Shown one piece after another: positions 27,940 through 38,832 of a stretch of DNA of 64,000 nt. The stretch comes from Patescibacteria group bacterium. Its GTDB lineage: Bacteria > Patescibacteriota > Patescibacteriia > UBA9934. The stretch spans positions 191,212 through 255,211 of the forward strand of contig JBBTSM010000003.1 in NCBI GenBank assembly GCA_038064675.1, written 5' to 3'. The number at the start of each line of letters is the position of its first letter. Positions within the stretch are counted from its first letter, which is position 1. Below the pieces are notes generated by a model. That model did not search any database. It worked only from the letters and a program-made list of their open reading frames with translations, and had not been told where the DNA came from. The translations under genes were made by a program, and so were the position numbers.

Positions 27940-29060
27940 AGGAGAATATCGTTAAAACGGTCACCCGGACGCAGCCGAATTGCCACTGACTGCACTAAGC
28001 CAAGGAAAACCAAGGAGAGCAAAAGCGCGCTTCCTCCGTAGCTTACCAGGGGAAGAGCAACTCCCGTGGCTGGCATCAGCGACAAATTCGCACCAACATG
28101 CACCGTTACCTCGATAATCATAACAGAAAAGGTTCCGATGCACAGGTAGGCTCCAAAGGTGTCGCGCGCCATCCTACTAATCGTCAGCATTCGCCACAAC
28201 AGCACCACAAAGGCCAGAAAAAGCAGGAGTACCCCGACAAACCCAAGTTCCTCGGCGATCACCGCAAACACAAAGTCGGTCTGACTTTCTGGCAAAAATC
28301 GGAGCTGGCTCTGACTTCCATCGCCCAAGCCCCTCCCCCAAAATCCACCGGAACCGATAGCGATCTTTGCCTGAATAACGTTATACCCTCGGAATAACGG
28401 ATCTCTTGAAGGATCAAGGAACGTCATAATCCGATCTTTTTGATACGCCTGAAACACAAACATCCAACCAATCGCCACAATAAGCGCAACGCTTCCGAGC
28501 AACACAAACACCTGCGACGGCCGGATGCCTGCAAATAACACCATCACCGCCCATGTTCCCACAAGAAGCGCGGCACCTCCCAAGTCTGGTTGAAGCATGA
28601 GAAGCCCAACGGGAATTGCAATGAATCCCCCGCTCATAAACAAATCCCTCCATCCAAAACGACGTTTTGCGCGTTCACTGAAATAGAGTGCAAGCATCAT
28701 CATGAGCGCCACTTTCATCAACTCAACCGGCTGGAACGCAAATCCGCCCAACACAAACCATCCCGTAGATCCGTTCAGTGTTCGCCCAAGAAACAGCACC
28801 AACACCAGCATCACCACACCCGCAACATAAAAACCGCGAGCGTAGTGACGAATCGCGTGATAGTTCGTAGCCGCAAGGATGGCACACGCCACCAAACCAA
28901 TACCCAACGCAATCGCTTGCTTCTGCAAAAAAACGTTTGCCGAACCACGAGAAAGCTCAACGGAAAAAATTGCCGCAAAGCCAAAGGCAATCAACACTGC
29001 CGCAGCAATCATGAGCAGCACGTCTCCCTTTCGAAATGCCGTGAGCGGAGCAAAGGCCAT
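27936..29060 (-). CDS. SEDS-family peptidoglycan glycosyltransferase (RodA/FtsW)
   Basis: 10-TM layout; conserved …QPDLGGALL…, RFLPESQTDFVFAVIAEELGFVG, LPLVSYGGSALL motifs. Confidence 0.85.
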   Translation of the reverse strand: MAFAPLTAFRKGDVLLMIAAAVLIAFGFAAIFSVELSRGSANVFLQKQAIALGIGLVACAILAATNYHAIRHYARGFYVAGVVMLVLVLFLGRTLNGSTGWFVLGGFAFQPVELMKVALMMMLALYFSERAKRRFGWRDLFMSGGFIAIPVGLLMLQPDLGGAALLVGTWAVMVLFAGIRPSQVFVLLGSVALIVAIGWMFVFQAYQKDRIMTFLDPSRDPLFRGYNVIQAKIAIGSGGFWGRGLGDGSQSQLRFLPESQTDFVFAVIAEELGFVGVLLLFLAFVVLLWRMLTISRMARDTFGAYLCIGTFSVMIIEVTVHVGANLSLMPATGVALPLVSYGGSALLLSLVFLGLVQSVAIRLRPGDRFNDILL

Positions 29061-29069
29061 GACACCACA

Positions 29070-29987
29070 CTACTTCAACAAATCCCTCGGATCAATTCCC
29101 TGATTGCCTTGTGGCGACATGTAGCTTGATTCATCAAAGAAATTCACGTTCGGCGCAACAGTCGCTGTGGCGGTGAGTGGAATTTCGCCGTACCATCGCA
29201 CTTCAGAATTTCGGACTTCTCCCGCGGTAAATTGCGACAACGTTGCTTGTGATACCCCAACCACCGCACCGGCACGTTCGAGAATCACGTTGAATTGCGG
29301 TTCCCAATAACTGTACGGCGACGCGTTAGTGACGGTAAATGTTGTACGGCCAATCTTGTCGTTCGCTAATGCGATGTCAGCAGCGTACGTTGGGGCGGTA
29401 ATCAAAAAGTTCCCGTGTTCTGTAAGCCACTCCGGAACATCCGGAGCATCGTGATGATTCACCCGATGCCACACAATATTCTCAAGAGTAATTGATGGGG
29501 ACGATGGGCGACTGTCGGCTTTTGCTCCAAGAGAAAGCAGGTATTTATCTTCCCCTGGCATAACAAAACCGTCTTCGGTTCGTGAGACTGTCCCCCCAGC
29601 CGAAAAACTATAGGTAAACGTTGCGTACCAATCCGCATTCGGATTCTTGACGGTCGCATAAAAATCGTAGCTCGTCGCGGTTCCCTGAACGACCTTTGCT
29701 GATCCAAGAGTGAGTTGCTGCGCGTCGCTTCCCTTTGCAATGGCGTGCATTGCTGCGACGTTATCGTCAAAGCCCGCAGCCGACCGAAGCTCCGTAAAAG
29801 AATCAGAAACAACGTAACCAATAATGACAAACGCAAAAAATGCAAGCATTGCAACGTCGGCAATAATCGCGAGCGCAAAACCGACGCGCATCAATTTTGG
29901 ACGCGCCTCAACAATACGAATATCGCGTCTATTCTGCGCCTCGATTGCTTGAAGTTCCGGAGAAAGAATCGGATTAGCCACAGACAA
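29070..29987 (-). CDS. hypothetical N-terminally membrane-anchored protein
   Basis: 305 aa; TM at ~30-55, rest beta-rich extracytoplasmic-like; immediately downstream of SEDS gene. Confidence 0.4.
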   Translation of the reverse strand: MSVANPILSPELQAIEAQNRRDIRIVEARPKLMRVGFALAIIADVAMLAFFAFVIIGYVVSDSFTELRSAAGFDDNVAAMHAIAKGSDAQQLTLGSAKVVQGTATSYDFYATVKNPNADWYATFTYSFSAGGTVSRTEDGFVMPGEDKYLLSLGAKADSRPSSPSITLENIVWHRVNHHDAPDVPEWLTEHGNFLITAPTYAADIALANDKIGRTTFTVTNASPYSYWEPQFNVILERAGAVVGVSQATLSQFTAGEVRNSEVRWYGEIPLTATATVAPNVNFFDESSYMSPQGNQGIDPRDLLK

Positions 29988-30025
29988 AAGAATATCTTCT
30001 GACTTGATGAGGAATTTCTTATTTT

Positions 30026-30130
30026 AGACTAGTTTCGATGAACAGCGAGCAAAGTTTCCGAGGTGTACCTCTCGGTACATCGAGGAAATTTGCGATGATG
30101 TGAGTCGAAAATAGACAAAATAAGGAATTC
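30026..30130 (+). repeat. ~100-bp intergenic repeat element, copy 3
   Basis: TTTTAGACTAGTTTCGATGAACAGCGAGCAAAGTTTCCGAGGTGTACCTCTCGGTACATCGAGGAAATTTGCGATGATGTGAGTCGAAAATAGACAAAATAAGGAATTC; in divergent region between 29987 gene and gyrB. Confidence 0.7.
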
Positions 30131-30153
30131 CTCTTCTGTCAACAGGATTATAA

Positions 30154-32217
<2,064 letters not shown>

Positions 32218-32363
32218 CGCGAAAAGTACTCTCACTAAAAAAGCACCGAAATTCGGTGCTTTTTGATTTTAAATACACAGAAACCCTTGCAAAAGGGTAA
32301 TTTCTGTGTTATGATTTCTTGTCCGGATGCACCGGCGAATCACAAAGATAAGGAGAAACGCAC

Positions 32364-32918
32364 ATGTTGCGCACGACAGGAAACACCGAGCCTCTCGAAA
32401 CCCCCAACGACGAGAAGCCGTTCGTCACGGTCGCTCTCGTGGTGACCATCGGCCACAACGCCCCGCCGTGCGTCCTCCGGGCGCTCGGCAAGGCGAGCCG
32501 CACGATCCTCTCGGCCGCGACGGTGGTGCCCCCGGACCAGGAGTGGGACTGGACGCCGGAGACGATGGACGAGATCGTCCTCGTTGCCAACGCCATCGTG
32601 AATGACCTCCTCACCACCCACTTCATCCTGCCCGAGCTCTCGCTGCCCCAGGACGACGAGGAGGGCGGCCCGAACATCTGGAACACGGACGTGCGCCGCG
32701 AGTTCGCGGTCGAGGTGAACCCGGAAGACCACGACGAGTTCTTCGTCCGGACGGCGATCCGGCTCGAGACCGCGGGCGGAAACCGAACGAGGCACCCCGA
32801 GCGCGCGACGTACGCGGCGGTCGTGCCCCCGGATCCGGACAGCGATCTCCCCGCGTGCATCACGTTCCACGGCAAGATCACCCGCGCGACGCACATCCCG
32901 GCCATCCGGCTGGAGTAA
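32364..32918 (+). CDS. GC-rich acidic hypothetical protein (orphan cassette)
   Basis: 184 aa, GC3 very high vs neighbours; own promoter TTGCAA-17-TATGAT (32290-32320) and RBS AAGGAGA; terminator GGCGGCCCCACCAGGCCGCCGC at 32937-32958. Confidence 0.45.
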   Translation: MLRTTGNTEPLETPNDEKPFVTVALVVTIGHNAPPCVLRALGKASRTILSAATVVPPDQEWDWTPETMDEIVLVANAIVNDLLTTHFILPELSLPQDDEEGGPNIWNTDVRREFAVEVNPEDHDEFFVRTAIRLETAGGNRTRHPERATYAAVVPPDPDSDLPACITFHGKITRATHIPAIRLE

Positions 32919-33054
32919 TCGCGCACCAACGACGCCAGCGGCGGCCCCACCAGGCCGCCGCGTTCGTTTTCCACCGACCCCCTTGCTCCCCCATCCAATT
33001 CGGTGTATATTCTCCCCATCAGCCGAAAGGCTTTTTTTGATACAATATTTCCGT

Positions 33055-33258
33055 ATGCAACGCATTCTCAACAATCCAGCGGTAAAGTACTTCCGTGAAG
33101 CACGGATGGAACTGGAAAAGGTTTCTTGGCCAACACGAAAGGAAACCATCATGTACTCCACCATTGTTCTCGTCCTTAGTCTCGCTACCGCCGCATTCAT
33201 TGGCGTGCTCGACCTTGGCTTGAGCAAGGGCCTCGAGTTCCTTATTTCCAAAGTCTAA
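33055..33258 (+). CDS. secE: Preprotein translocase subunit SecE
   Basis: 67 aa; …FREARMELEKVSWPTRKETIMYSTIVLVLSLATAAFIGVLD… single TM; immediately upstream of nusG. Confidence 0.75.
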   Translation: MQRILNNPAVKYFREARMELEKVSWPTRKETIMYSTIVLVLSLATAAFIGVLDLGLSKGLEFLISKV

Positions 33259-33260
33259 GT

Positions 33261-33806
33261 ATGGCAAAACAAACCGCCAATTACGGCCGACGTTGGTACG
33301 TTATTCACACGTACTCTGGATACGAAGAAAGCGTGGTAGAAGCGCTCACTCAGCGTATGAGCACCATGGACATGGAGGAGAAGATTTTCAACATTCTCGT
33401 TCCAAAGGAAAAGAAGATTAAGATCAAGAACGGTGCACGTAAGGTTATCGAAGAAAAGATTTTCCCAGGCTATGTGCTCGTGGAAATGATCGTAACTGAC
33501 GACTCTTGGTACGTGGTGCGCAACACACCAAACGTTACGGGCTTCATCGGAACGGGAAATACTCCAACTCCGATCCCACAAGAACAGGTGGACGATCTCA
33601 TGAAGCGCGTGGGTGTCGCAGAACCAGAATTCAAGATCGACGTGGAAAAAGGCTCACTCGTTGCCATCACCGACGGTCCGTTCAAGGGCCAGCAAGGAAA
33701 GGTGGACGACGTGGACATGTCCCGCGGAAAGGTCAAAGTCATGGTCTCCATGTTCGGCCGCGAAACCCCGCTCGAACTCGACTTCCTCCAGGTCAAAAAA
33801 GTGTAA
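33261..33806 (+). CDS. nusG: Transcription termination/antitermination factor NusG
   Basis: RWYVIHTYSGYEESV… NGN domain and C-terminal KOW (…GSLVAITDGPFKGQQGKVDDVD…). Confidence 0.9.
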   Translation: MAKQTANYGRRWYVIHTYSGYEESVVEALTQRMSTMDMEEKIFNILVPKEKKIKIKNGARKVIEEKIFPGYVLVEMIVTDDSWYVVRNTPNVTGFIGTGNTPTPIPQEQVDDLMKRVGVAEPEFKIDVEKGSLVAITDGPFKGQQGKVDDVDMSRGKVKVMVSMFGRETPLELDFLQVKKV

Positions 33807-33811
33807 ACCAA

Positions 33812-33845
33812 AAATCACTCCGAGCAATCGGAGTGATTTTTGTTT
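33812..33845 (+). terminator. nusG terminator, prototype of a repeated hairpin family AAAAATCACTCCGAGCAATCGGAGTGATTTTT
   Basis: Perfect 12-bp stem + U tract; near-identical copies at 35279-35312 and 36776-36812. Confidence 0.6.
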
Positions 33846-33897
33846 CATTTAACTGTACACATATAAATGGAAATACTGATAAAACGACCAAAGATCG

Positions 33898-34335
33898 TTA
33901 ATTAAACAAGGCTGAGCGAAGCCGAACCGCACGCTCCAAGATTCGCTTGCCAACGTTGCCCCAGTCAACATATTTATCCCAGTCATTTAGGTCTATACGT
34001 TTGATTTTTGTAACACTACCGCTCGGATCACTCTCAAAGTCGGCAACAGGCTCAACGGTACAGAGCGAACGTAGCTGGAACACAAAGCTCCCGTCTGAAC
34101 GAATAACTTTTTGGTATCCAATCGGACGATGCCCGAGAACTCGCATGTTCGATTCTTCTTTTACCTCACGTATCAACGCGTCATCAACGGTTTCGCCGGG
34201 CTCAATCTTTCCACCCAATAAACTCCAACGCCCCTGCTTTTCGTGCCATCCAACAACAATTTTATCCCCGTAAAAAACAAACACCATAGTGCTGATTGAT
34301 TTGTTCGACCGGTAGATCCGCGAAAGAATCAGCAT
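33898..34335 (-). CDS. NUDIX hydrolase
   Basis: Nudix box GGKIEPGETVDDALIREVKEESN. Confidence 0.7.
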   Translation of the reverse strand: MLILSRIYRSNKSISTMVFVFYGDKIVVGWHEKQGRWSLLGGKIEPGETVDDALIREVKEESNMRVLGHRPIGYQKVIRSDGSFVFQLRSLCTVEPVADFESDPSGSVTKIKRIDLNDWDKYVDWGNVGKRILERAVRLRSALFN

Positions 34336-34496
34336 CCCGATAGATAACCTCGAAATCAGTATTTCCGTCAGTGAATCGTTCTCTGAGCTCCATATGAAAG
34401 GAATTATAGACCTCGTGATGGTGGAATGGCTACGATCTGCATTTTTGCGGTCAAGATGTCGTCAGCAACGGTTTCCACGATGTTTTTTGTTTTGAG

Positions 34497-35267
34497 ATGA
34501 TACAATCGGCAAATATGATAAAGAGCGAAAAACTGGAAGCACAAGAATCGATTCTCGATACGCTCAAAAAAGAAGGAATGCTCTCTTTTGACGTCAAGCT
34601 GACACCCGAAGAAAAAGTCTGCATTCATGATGTCCGCATTGAACACAATGTCTCTGATCTCAATCACTACGGGAATATCGATGAAGTTCTTGTAAAGAAT
34701 CTACGAACATACCTAAACCAGCTAGGAGCTAACGCGGAAGAAGTCACAAAAACTATAGCCGAGCTTATTACAAGACTCGCAGAGGTCATGCGAAAAACTT
34801 TCAATAAAAGTTCTGTCTGGCTTGCCGTCCGCACATCGTTGCCGAATACCGATTGGGACGTTCCACGTTGGCACAGAGATGGCGGATTTTTGAATGATGA
34901 CAACGGAAATCTTGTCACCGAAGAATTCAAACTCGTCTTTACGCTCAAGGGAGCACCGACGCGTTTTGCAGAAGTCATCGACATACAAAAATTCGAAGAA
35001 TATGAACGGGAAGAAATACTCAATAACGAACACGATGGGTTAGAAGGTTACGAGGAACGAGCCCTGGCCATACGACGAAAACTTGAAGAAACCGTTCGAG
35101 AAATTCCTGTCGGGAAAAAAGGATTCGCCACAATCTATCGCGTAGACGGAACACACGGAAAAATTCATTCCGAGCCCGAAATCACCGAGCCCCGAATTTT
35201 CATATCAATCATCACCGGGTCTCAATCCCAAATCGAAGAGCTTCAGCGTCGTTTTTCATCCTATTAA
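34497..35267 (+). CDS. hypothetical protein, possible cupin/Fe(II)-2OG oxygenase-like (HxD…H: RWHRDGG … GTHGKIHSEPE); AT-rich
   Basis: 256 aa; putative facial-triad spacing only; composition differs from core genes. Confidence 0.35.
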   Translation: MIQSANMIKSEKLEAQESILDTLKKEGMLSFDVKLTPEEKVCIHDVRIEHNVSDLNHYGNIDEVLVKNLRTYLNQLGANAEEVTKTIAELITRLAEVMRKTFNKSSVWLAVRTSLPNTDWDVPRWHRDGGFLNDDNGNLVTEEFKLVFTLKGAPTRFAEVIDIQKFEEYEREEILNNEHDGLEGYEERALAIRRKLEETVREIPVGKKGFATIYRVDGTHGKIHSEPEITEPRIFISIITGSQSQIEELQRRFSSY

Positions 35268-35278
35268 TAATGACATTA

Positions 35279-35312
35279 CAAAAATCACCCCGAACAATCG
35301 GGGTGATTTTTT
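35279..35312 (+). terminator. copy of nusG-type terminator hairpin (AAAAATCACCCCGAACAATCGGGGTGATTTTTT)
   Basis: Sequence family match to 33812-33845. Confidence 0.55.
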
Positions 35313-35416
35313 ATTGACTTTTTCTGATTTTTATGCCATATTTCCCTGTTGATTCTTTCACAAGGAGCCCCTGTCGATATCTCAAGTCGATAGAGGTCCC
35401 TTGTGTAGGAGTCTCC

Positions 35417-35671
35417 ATGTCATCAGTGCGCACCGCGGCTCTCCTCGTCGCAATCAGCGCCCTCACATTCGCCCTCTCCGGCGCTCTGACCCTGTGCGTC
35501 AAGAGCACCATCACGATCTGGTGGCCGATCGGATGGACCATCTTCTATGTGGTGCTGACCGTGGCAGCTCGGCGCCGGAAGGACCTTTGGCAGAACTTCT
35601 CGATGAAGGCGGGCTGTGCAGCCCTGATCTCCATGAGCCTGGGAATGCTTGCCGCCCTGCTGTGGCCCTAG
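35417..35671 (+). CDS. small GC-rich 2-TM membrane protein (module 1, partner of M41-like peptidase)
   Basis: 85 aa; RBS AGGAG 5 nt upstream; followed by GC hairpin CGGCGTCGGCTCTTCCCGGGGCCGACGCCG. Confidence 0.45.
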   Translation: MSSVRTAALLVAISALTFALSGALTLCVKSTITIWWPIGWTIFYVVLTVAARRRKDLWQNFSMKAGCAALISMSLGMLAALLWP

Positions 35672-35803
35672 ACTAGACGAAGCGGACGTTCAACTCCGCA
35701 ACGACGCTCGGCGTCGGCTCTTCCCGGGGCCGACGCCGTTCACGTTTTCATTGCTTTTTTGGTTCTTTTTGGCTAATGTCCTTCTGCTCCAAACGGAGGA
35801 AGC

Positions 35804-36295
35804 GTGATCGACGACATCAATGAAATCTCACGAACCATCGTGCATGAAGCTGGCCACGCCACTGTAGGCGTCTTGCTATTCCCCGACGAAATCGTCTGGG
35901 TCAGCGCCATCCCCAATCCATCGTCACTGGGACGGGCACTTACTACGGTTACACTAGAAATGGTCGTTCGTTACCCGACTGAACGGTTCATCGACTATCT
36001 CGCGTTCCTTTTTGCGGGACGAGCGGCCGAAGAAAATCGGTTCAGCAACTACAAGGACTGGATGTCCCGGCATGATGAACAGAGTGCTCACGAAGCGCTC
36101 CACCAATATCGGGCCATGCATCCAAAACTCCTCCACAATGACCAGGATCTCACCACTCAGGCACGCCAGCGTGCTCACGAGATTCTCGTCAGAGAACAAT
36201 CTCTCTTCCACACGCTCACGTCGGGCCTCGTCCGCTACGACCAGTTCGGTCAGGAATGGCTCCTCTACAACTATTACCTCTTCGCCACGACGTAG
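35804..36295 (+). CDS. standalone FtsH-type M41 zinc-metallopeptidase domain protein (no AAA ATPase, no TM)
   Basis: HEAGHA zinc motif (IVHEAGHATVGVLL), IP…LG…, and GRAAEE motif (LFAGRAAEENRF) aligned as in FtsH protease domain; GTG start with GGAGGA RBS. Confidence 0.6.
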   Translation: MIDDINEISRTIVHEAGHATVGVLLFPDEIVWVSAIPNPSSLGRALTTVTLEMVVRYPTERFIDYLAFLFAGRAAEENRFSNYKDWMSRHDEQSAHEALHQYRAMHPKLLHNDQDLTTQARQRAHEILVREQSLFHTLTSGLVRYDQFGQEWLLYNYYLFATT

Positions 36296-36332
36296 CGCCG
36301 ACCCTCCCCAGGGTCGGCTCTTCCGTTTTATT
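36283..36332 (+). repeat. 50-bp duplicated 3' flank ACGACGTAGCGCCGACCCTCCCCAGGGTCGGCTCTTCCGTTTTATTG (copy 1)
   Basis: Near-identical to 37379-37430; includes terminator hairpin GCCGACCCTCCCCAGGGTCGGC. Confidence 0.6.
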
Positions 36333-36378
36333 GTCTTTAACGATCTTTCCGGTTATTGTCATTTCTATATCGCCTCTT

Positions 36379-36774
36379 ATGACGCTCTCCTCAAAAATCG
36401 AAACAGGTATTGTGCTCGTCTCCGGAGCGCTGCTCCTCCTTCTCCTTGCCGGCATAGCCAATAATATCCTCCTTGCACGGGAAGGGCTTTTCGACGCCGG
36501 GTACCATCATCAAACAATAGCGCACAACGGTCCAAGAAATGGAGATATCGATTTATGGAGTGAAGAGAAACCATACCTCTGCTCATATTTCAAAATGCAC
36601 AGCGACGGCGCGATCGGCTTTCACTGCACAACCGGCGAGTACCTAAAGCAGGAAATCCTGAACCTTCCAAACATCCTCGTCTTTTTCCTCTTCGGCTTAC
36701 CACTCCTTGTGATCTTCACCGGCACTAGTCTTGTGCTCATTTCCGAAATCAAGGCGGAAAAGACCCTGGTGTAA
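36379..36774 (+). CDS. small 2-TM membrane protein (module 2)
   Basis: 131 aa; N- and C-terminal TM helices; promoter TTGTCT-17-TATTGT at 36330-36358. Confidence 0.45.
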   Translation: MTLSSKIETGIVLVSGALLLLLLAGIANNILLAREGLFDAGYHHQTIAHNGPRNGDIDLWSEEKPYLCSYFKMHSDGAIGFHCTTGEYLKQEILNLPNILVFFLFGLPLLVIFTGTSLVLISEIKAEKTLV

Positions 36775-36775
36775 A

Positions 36776-36812
36776 CAAAAAATCACTCCGAGCGCAACCG
36801 GAGTGATTTTTT
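36776..36812 (+). terminator. copy of nusG-type terminator hairpin (AAAAAATCACTCCGAGCGCAACCGGAGTGATTTTTTG)
   Basis: Sequence family match to 33812-33845. Confidence 0.55.
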
Positions 36813-36866
36813 GTTGCATTTTTTATAATCAATCGATAACCTTTCTTTGCTTTGGGAGTGAATACA

Positions 36867-37367
36867 ATGCCGAACGCAACTTGGCGTACGTTAACCCAAG
36901 GGATTCCCCGAAATCAGACAACCGCTCACGCAGCCGTTCATGAGGCCGGCCACGCCACTCTGGCAACGATTCTCTTTCCGGCGACGATTGAATACGCGAC
37001 GATCATCGAAGCAGGAGGAGTAATGGGCAGCGTCAAGTACTCCTGTACCAACGCATCCATCTGCTCGCGACAAGAAAGCATGAACGTCCTCGCCGTTGCG
37101 ATGGCGGGACGGGCGGCGGAAGAAATCGAGTTCGGGTACTCTATCGACCTCGGAAGCTTCTTTGATTACGGCGTTGTCCGAAACCATCTGTGTAGTCGCA
37201 ACGCAAATGGTCGCAGACTTCACGAATCAAAAGACTTCCTCATCGATGTAGCGCTCAAGCGCGCGCACGAAATTTTGGTCAAAGAACGAGAGCTCTTTCA
37301 CCAGATCATCGCCGGCTTGATTCGGGAAAATCGCCTCGATCGCGCAGCGCTTCTTGCGCTTCAGTGA
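36867..37367 (+). CDS. standalone FtsH-type M41 zinc-metallopeptidase domain protein, paralog 2
   Basis: AVHEAGHATLATIL … MAGRAAEEIEFG; GGGAG RBS 7 nt upstream of ATG. Confidence 0.6.
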   Translation: MPNATWRTLTQGIPRNQTTAHAAVHEAGHATLATILFPATIEYATIIEAGGVMGSVKYSCTNASICSRQESMNVLAVAMAGRAAEEIEFGYSIDLGSFFDYGVVRNHLCSRNANGRRLHESKDFLIDVALKRAHEILVKERELFHQIIAGLIRENRLDRAALLALQ

Positions 37368-37378
37368 GCAATACAAAA

Positions 37379-37430
37379 CGACGACGTAGCGCCGATCCTC
37401 CCCAGGGTCGGCTCTTCCGTTTTATTGACT
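37379..37430 (+). repeat. 50-bp duplicated 3' flank (copy 2)
   Basis: ACGACGACGTAGCGCCGATCCTCCCCAGGGTCGGCTCTTCCGTTTTATTG. Confidence 0.6.
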
Positions 37431-37554
37431 ATTTCCGCCAATCCTGGCACAATCTTGTCACTAAATAACGATGTAGTTGCTCGAAGATTTACCGAGAGGA
37501 AATCGAGGGAATCTACTATAAATTCATCGAATTCAATATTCGAGGTCGTACACT

Positions 37555-37980
37555 ATGGCAAAGAAGATCAAGGCAGTTATCAAAGTGCAATCAATCGGAG
37601 GTCGGGCAACACCAGCACCTCCACTCGGACCAGCGCTCGGTGCGCAGGGTGTGAACATTCAGCAGTTCGTGCAGGAATTTAACGCAGCAACACAGGACAG
37701 AATGGGAGAGACAGTTCCAGCAATCATCACCATTTATGAAGACCGCACATTCAGCTTCATCCTGAAGACTGCTCCAGCGAGCGATCTTGTGAAAAAAATC
37801 ACGGGAATCGAAAAGGGATCCGGAAAGCCACTCACTGAAAAGGTGGGAAAGATCACCCAGGCTCAGTTGCGCGAAGTTGCGATGAAGAAAATGCCAGACT
37901 TGAATACGACCAATGTAGAGGCTGCGATGAAAATCATCGCTGGCACCTGTCGTCAAATGGGAGTCGATGTCATTGCTTAA
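37555..37980 (+). CDS. rplK: 50S ribosomal protein L11
   Basis: [43 protein letters not shown]…. Confidence 0.95.
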   Translation: MAKKIKAVIKVQSIGGRATPAPPLGPALGAQGVNIQQFVQEFNAATQDRMGETVPAIITIYEDRTFSFILKTAPASDLVKKITGIEKGSGKPLTEKVGKITQAQLREVAMKKMPDLNTTNVEAAMKIIAGTCRQMGVDVIA

Positions 37981-38034
37981 ATTAATATCGTGGGAGATCG
38001 GATTCCGATCGTTACTACCACTAACCAAAACACT

Positions 38035-38721
38035 ATGATCGGCAAGCGAATGGCTACAGCAAAGCAGATGATTGATAAGAAGAAACAGTACGCCGTAAAG
38101 GACGCTGTTGCACTTTTGAAAGAAACCGCAAAGGCAAAGTTCGACGAAACGGTTGAGTTGCACTTCGCGCTTGGAGTAGATCCAAAGCAGGGCGACCAGC
38201 AGATCCGCGGAACCGTTACCTTGCCACATGGCACCGGCAAGACGAAGCGCGTTATTGCCTTCGTGGACGCAAACAACGAAGCGGCTGCAAAGGCAGCAGG
38301 CGCAGACATCATCGGAACCGAAGAAGTACTCGAAACGATTATCCGCACTGGAAAAATTGACTTCGACGTTGCCGTCGCTGTTCCAAGCATGATGCCAAAG
38401 CTTGCCAAGGCCGCAAAGATTCTTGGACCTCGCGGTTTGATGCCTAACCCAAAGACCGACACCGTTGGTCCAAACATTGGGAAGATCATCGAAGAGCAGA
38501 AGGGTGGAAAGGTCGCATTTAAGAACGATAATACCGCCAACGTGCACATGATTGTTGGAAAGGTGTCGTTCAGCGCAGAAAACTTGGTTAACAACCTCGC
38601 GGTCGCCATCGAAGCAATTCGCAAGGTGAAGCCAGCGTCGTCAAAGGGCATCTATATGAAGTCTGTCACCATGACTTCAACCATGGGCCCAGCGATCAAG
38701 CTCGACCAAGCATCGGTCTAA
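38035..38721 (+). CDS. rplA: 50S ribosomal protein L1
   Basis: …KFDETVELHFALGVDPKQGDQQIRGTVTLPHGTGK…; start uncertain (38035 or 38050). Confidence 0.9.
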   Translation: MIGKRMATAKQMIDKKKQYAVKDAVALLKETAKAKFDETVELHFALGVDPKQGDQQIRGTVTLPHGTGKTKRVIAFVDANNEAAAKAAGADIIGTEEVLETIIRTGKIDFDVAVAVPSMMPKLAKAAKILGPRGLMPNPKTDTVGPNIGKIIEEQKGGKVAFKNDNTANVHMIVGKVSFSAENLVNNLAVAIEAIRKVKPASSKGIYMKSVTMTSTMGPAIKLDQASV

Positions 38722-38832
38722 CCTCACTCTCCCAATCCCAAAAATCCCCTCGATTCGAAAGAATCCGAGGGGATTTTGTTTGTACACAGCTGTGGATTCA
38801 TCAAACGCCAATCACTGCTAAACTCGTGACAT

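Noticed and set aside
32309-33251. Long minus-strand ORFs (236 and 303 aa) spanning 32309-33251
   Set aside because: They lie antisense across the very GC-rich 32364-32918 gene and secE. High GC suppresses stop codons, and the translations are Arg/Gly/Ala low-complexity.
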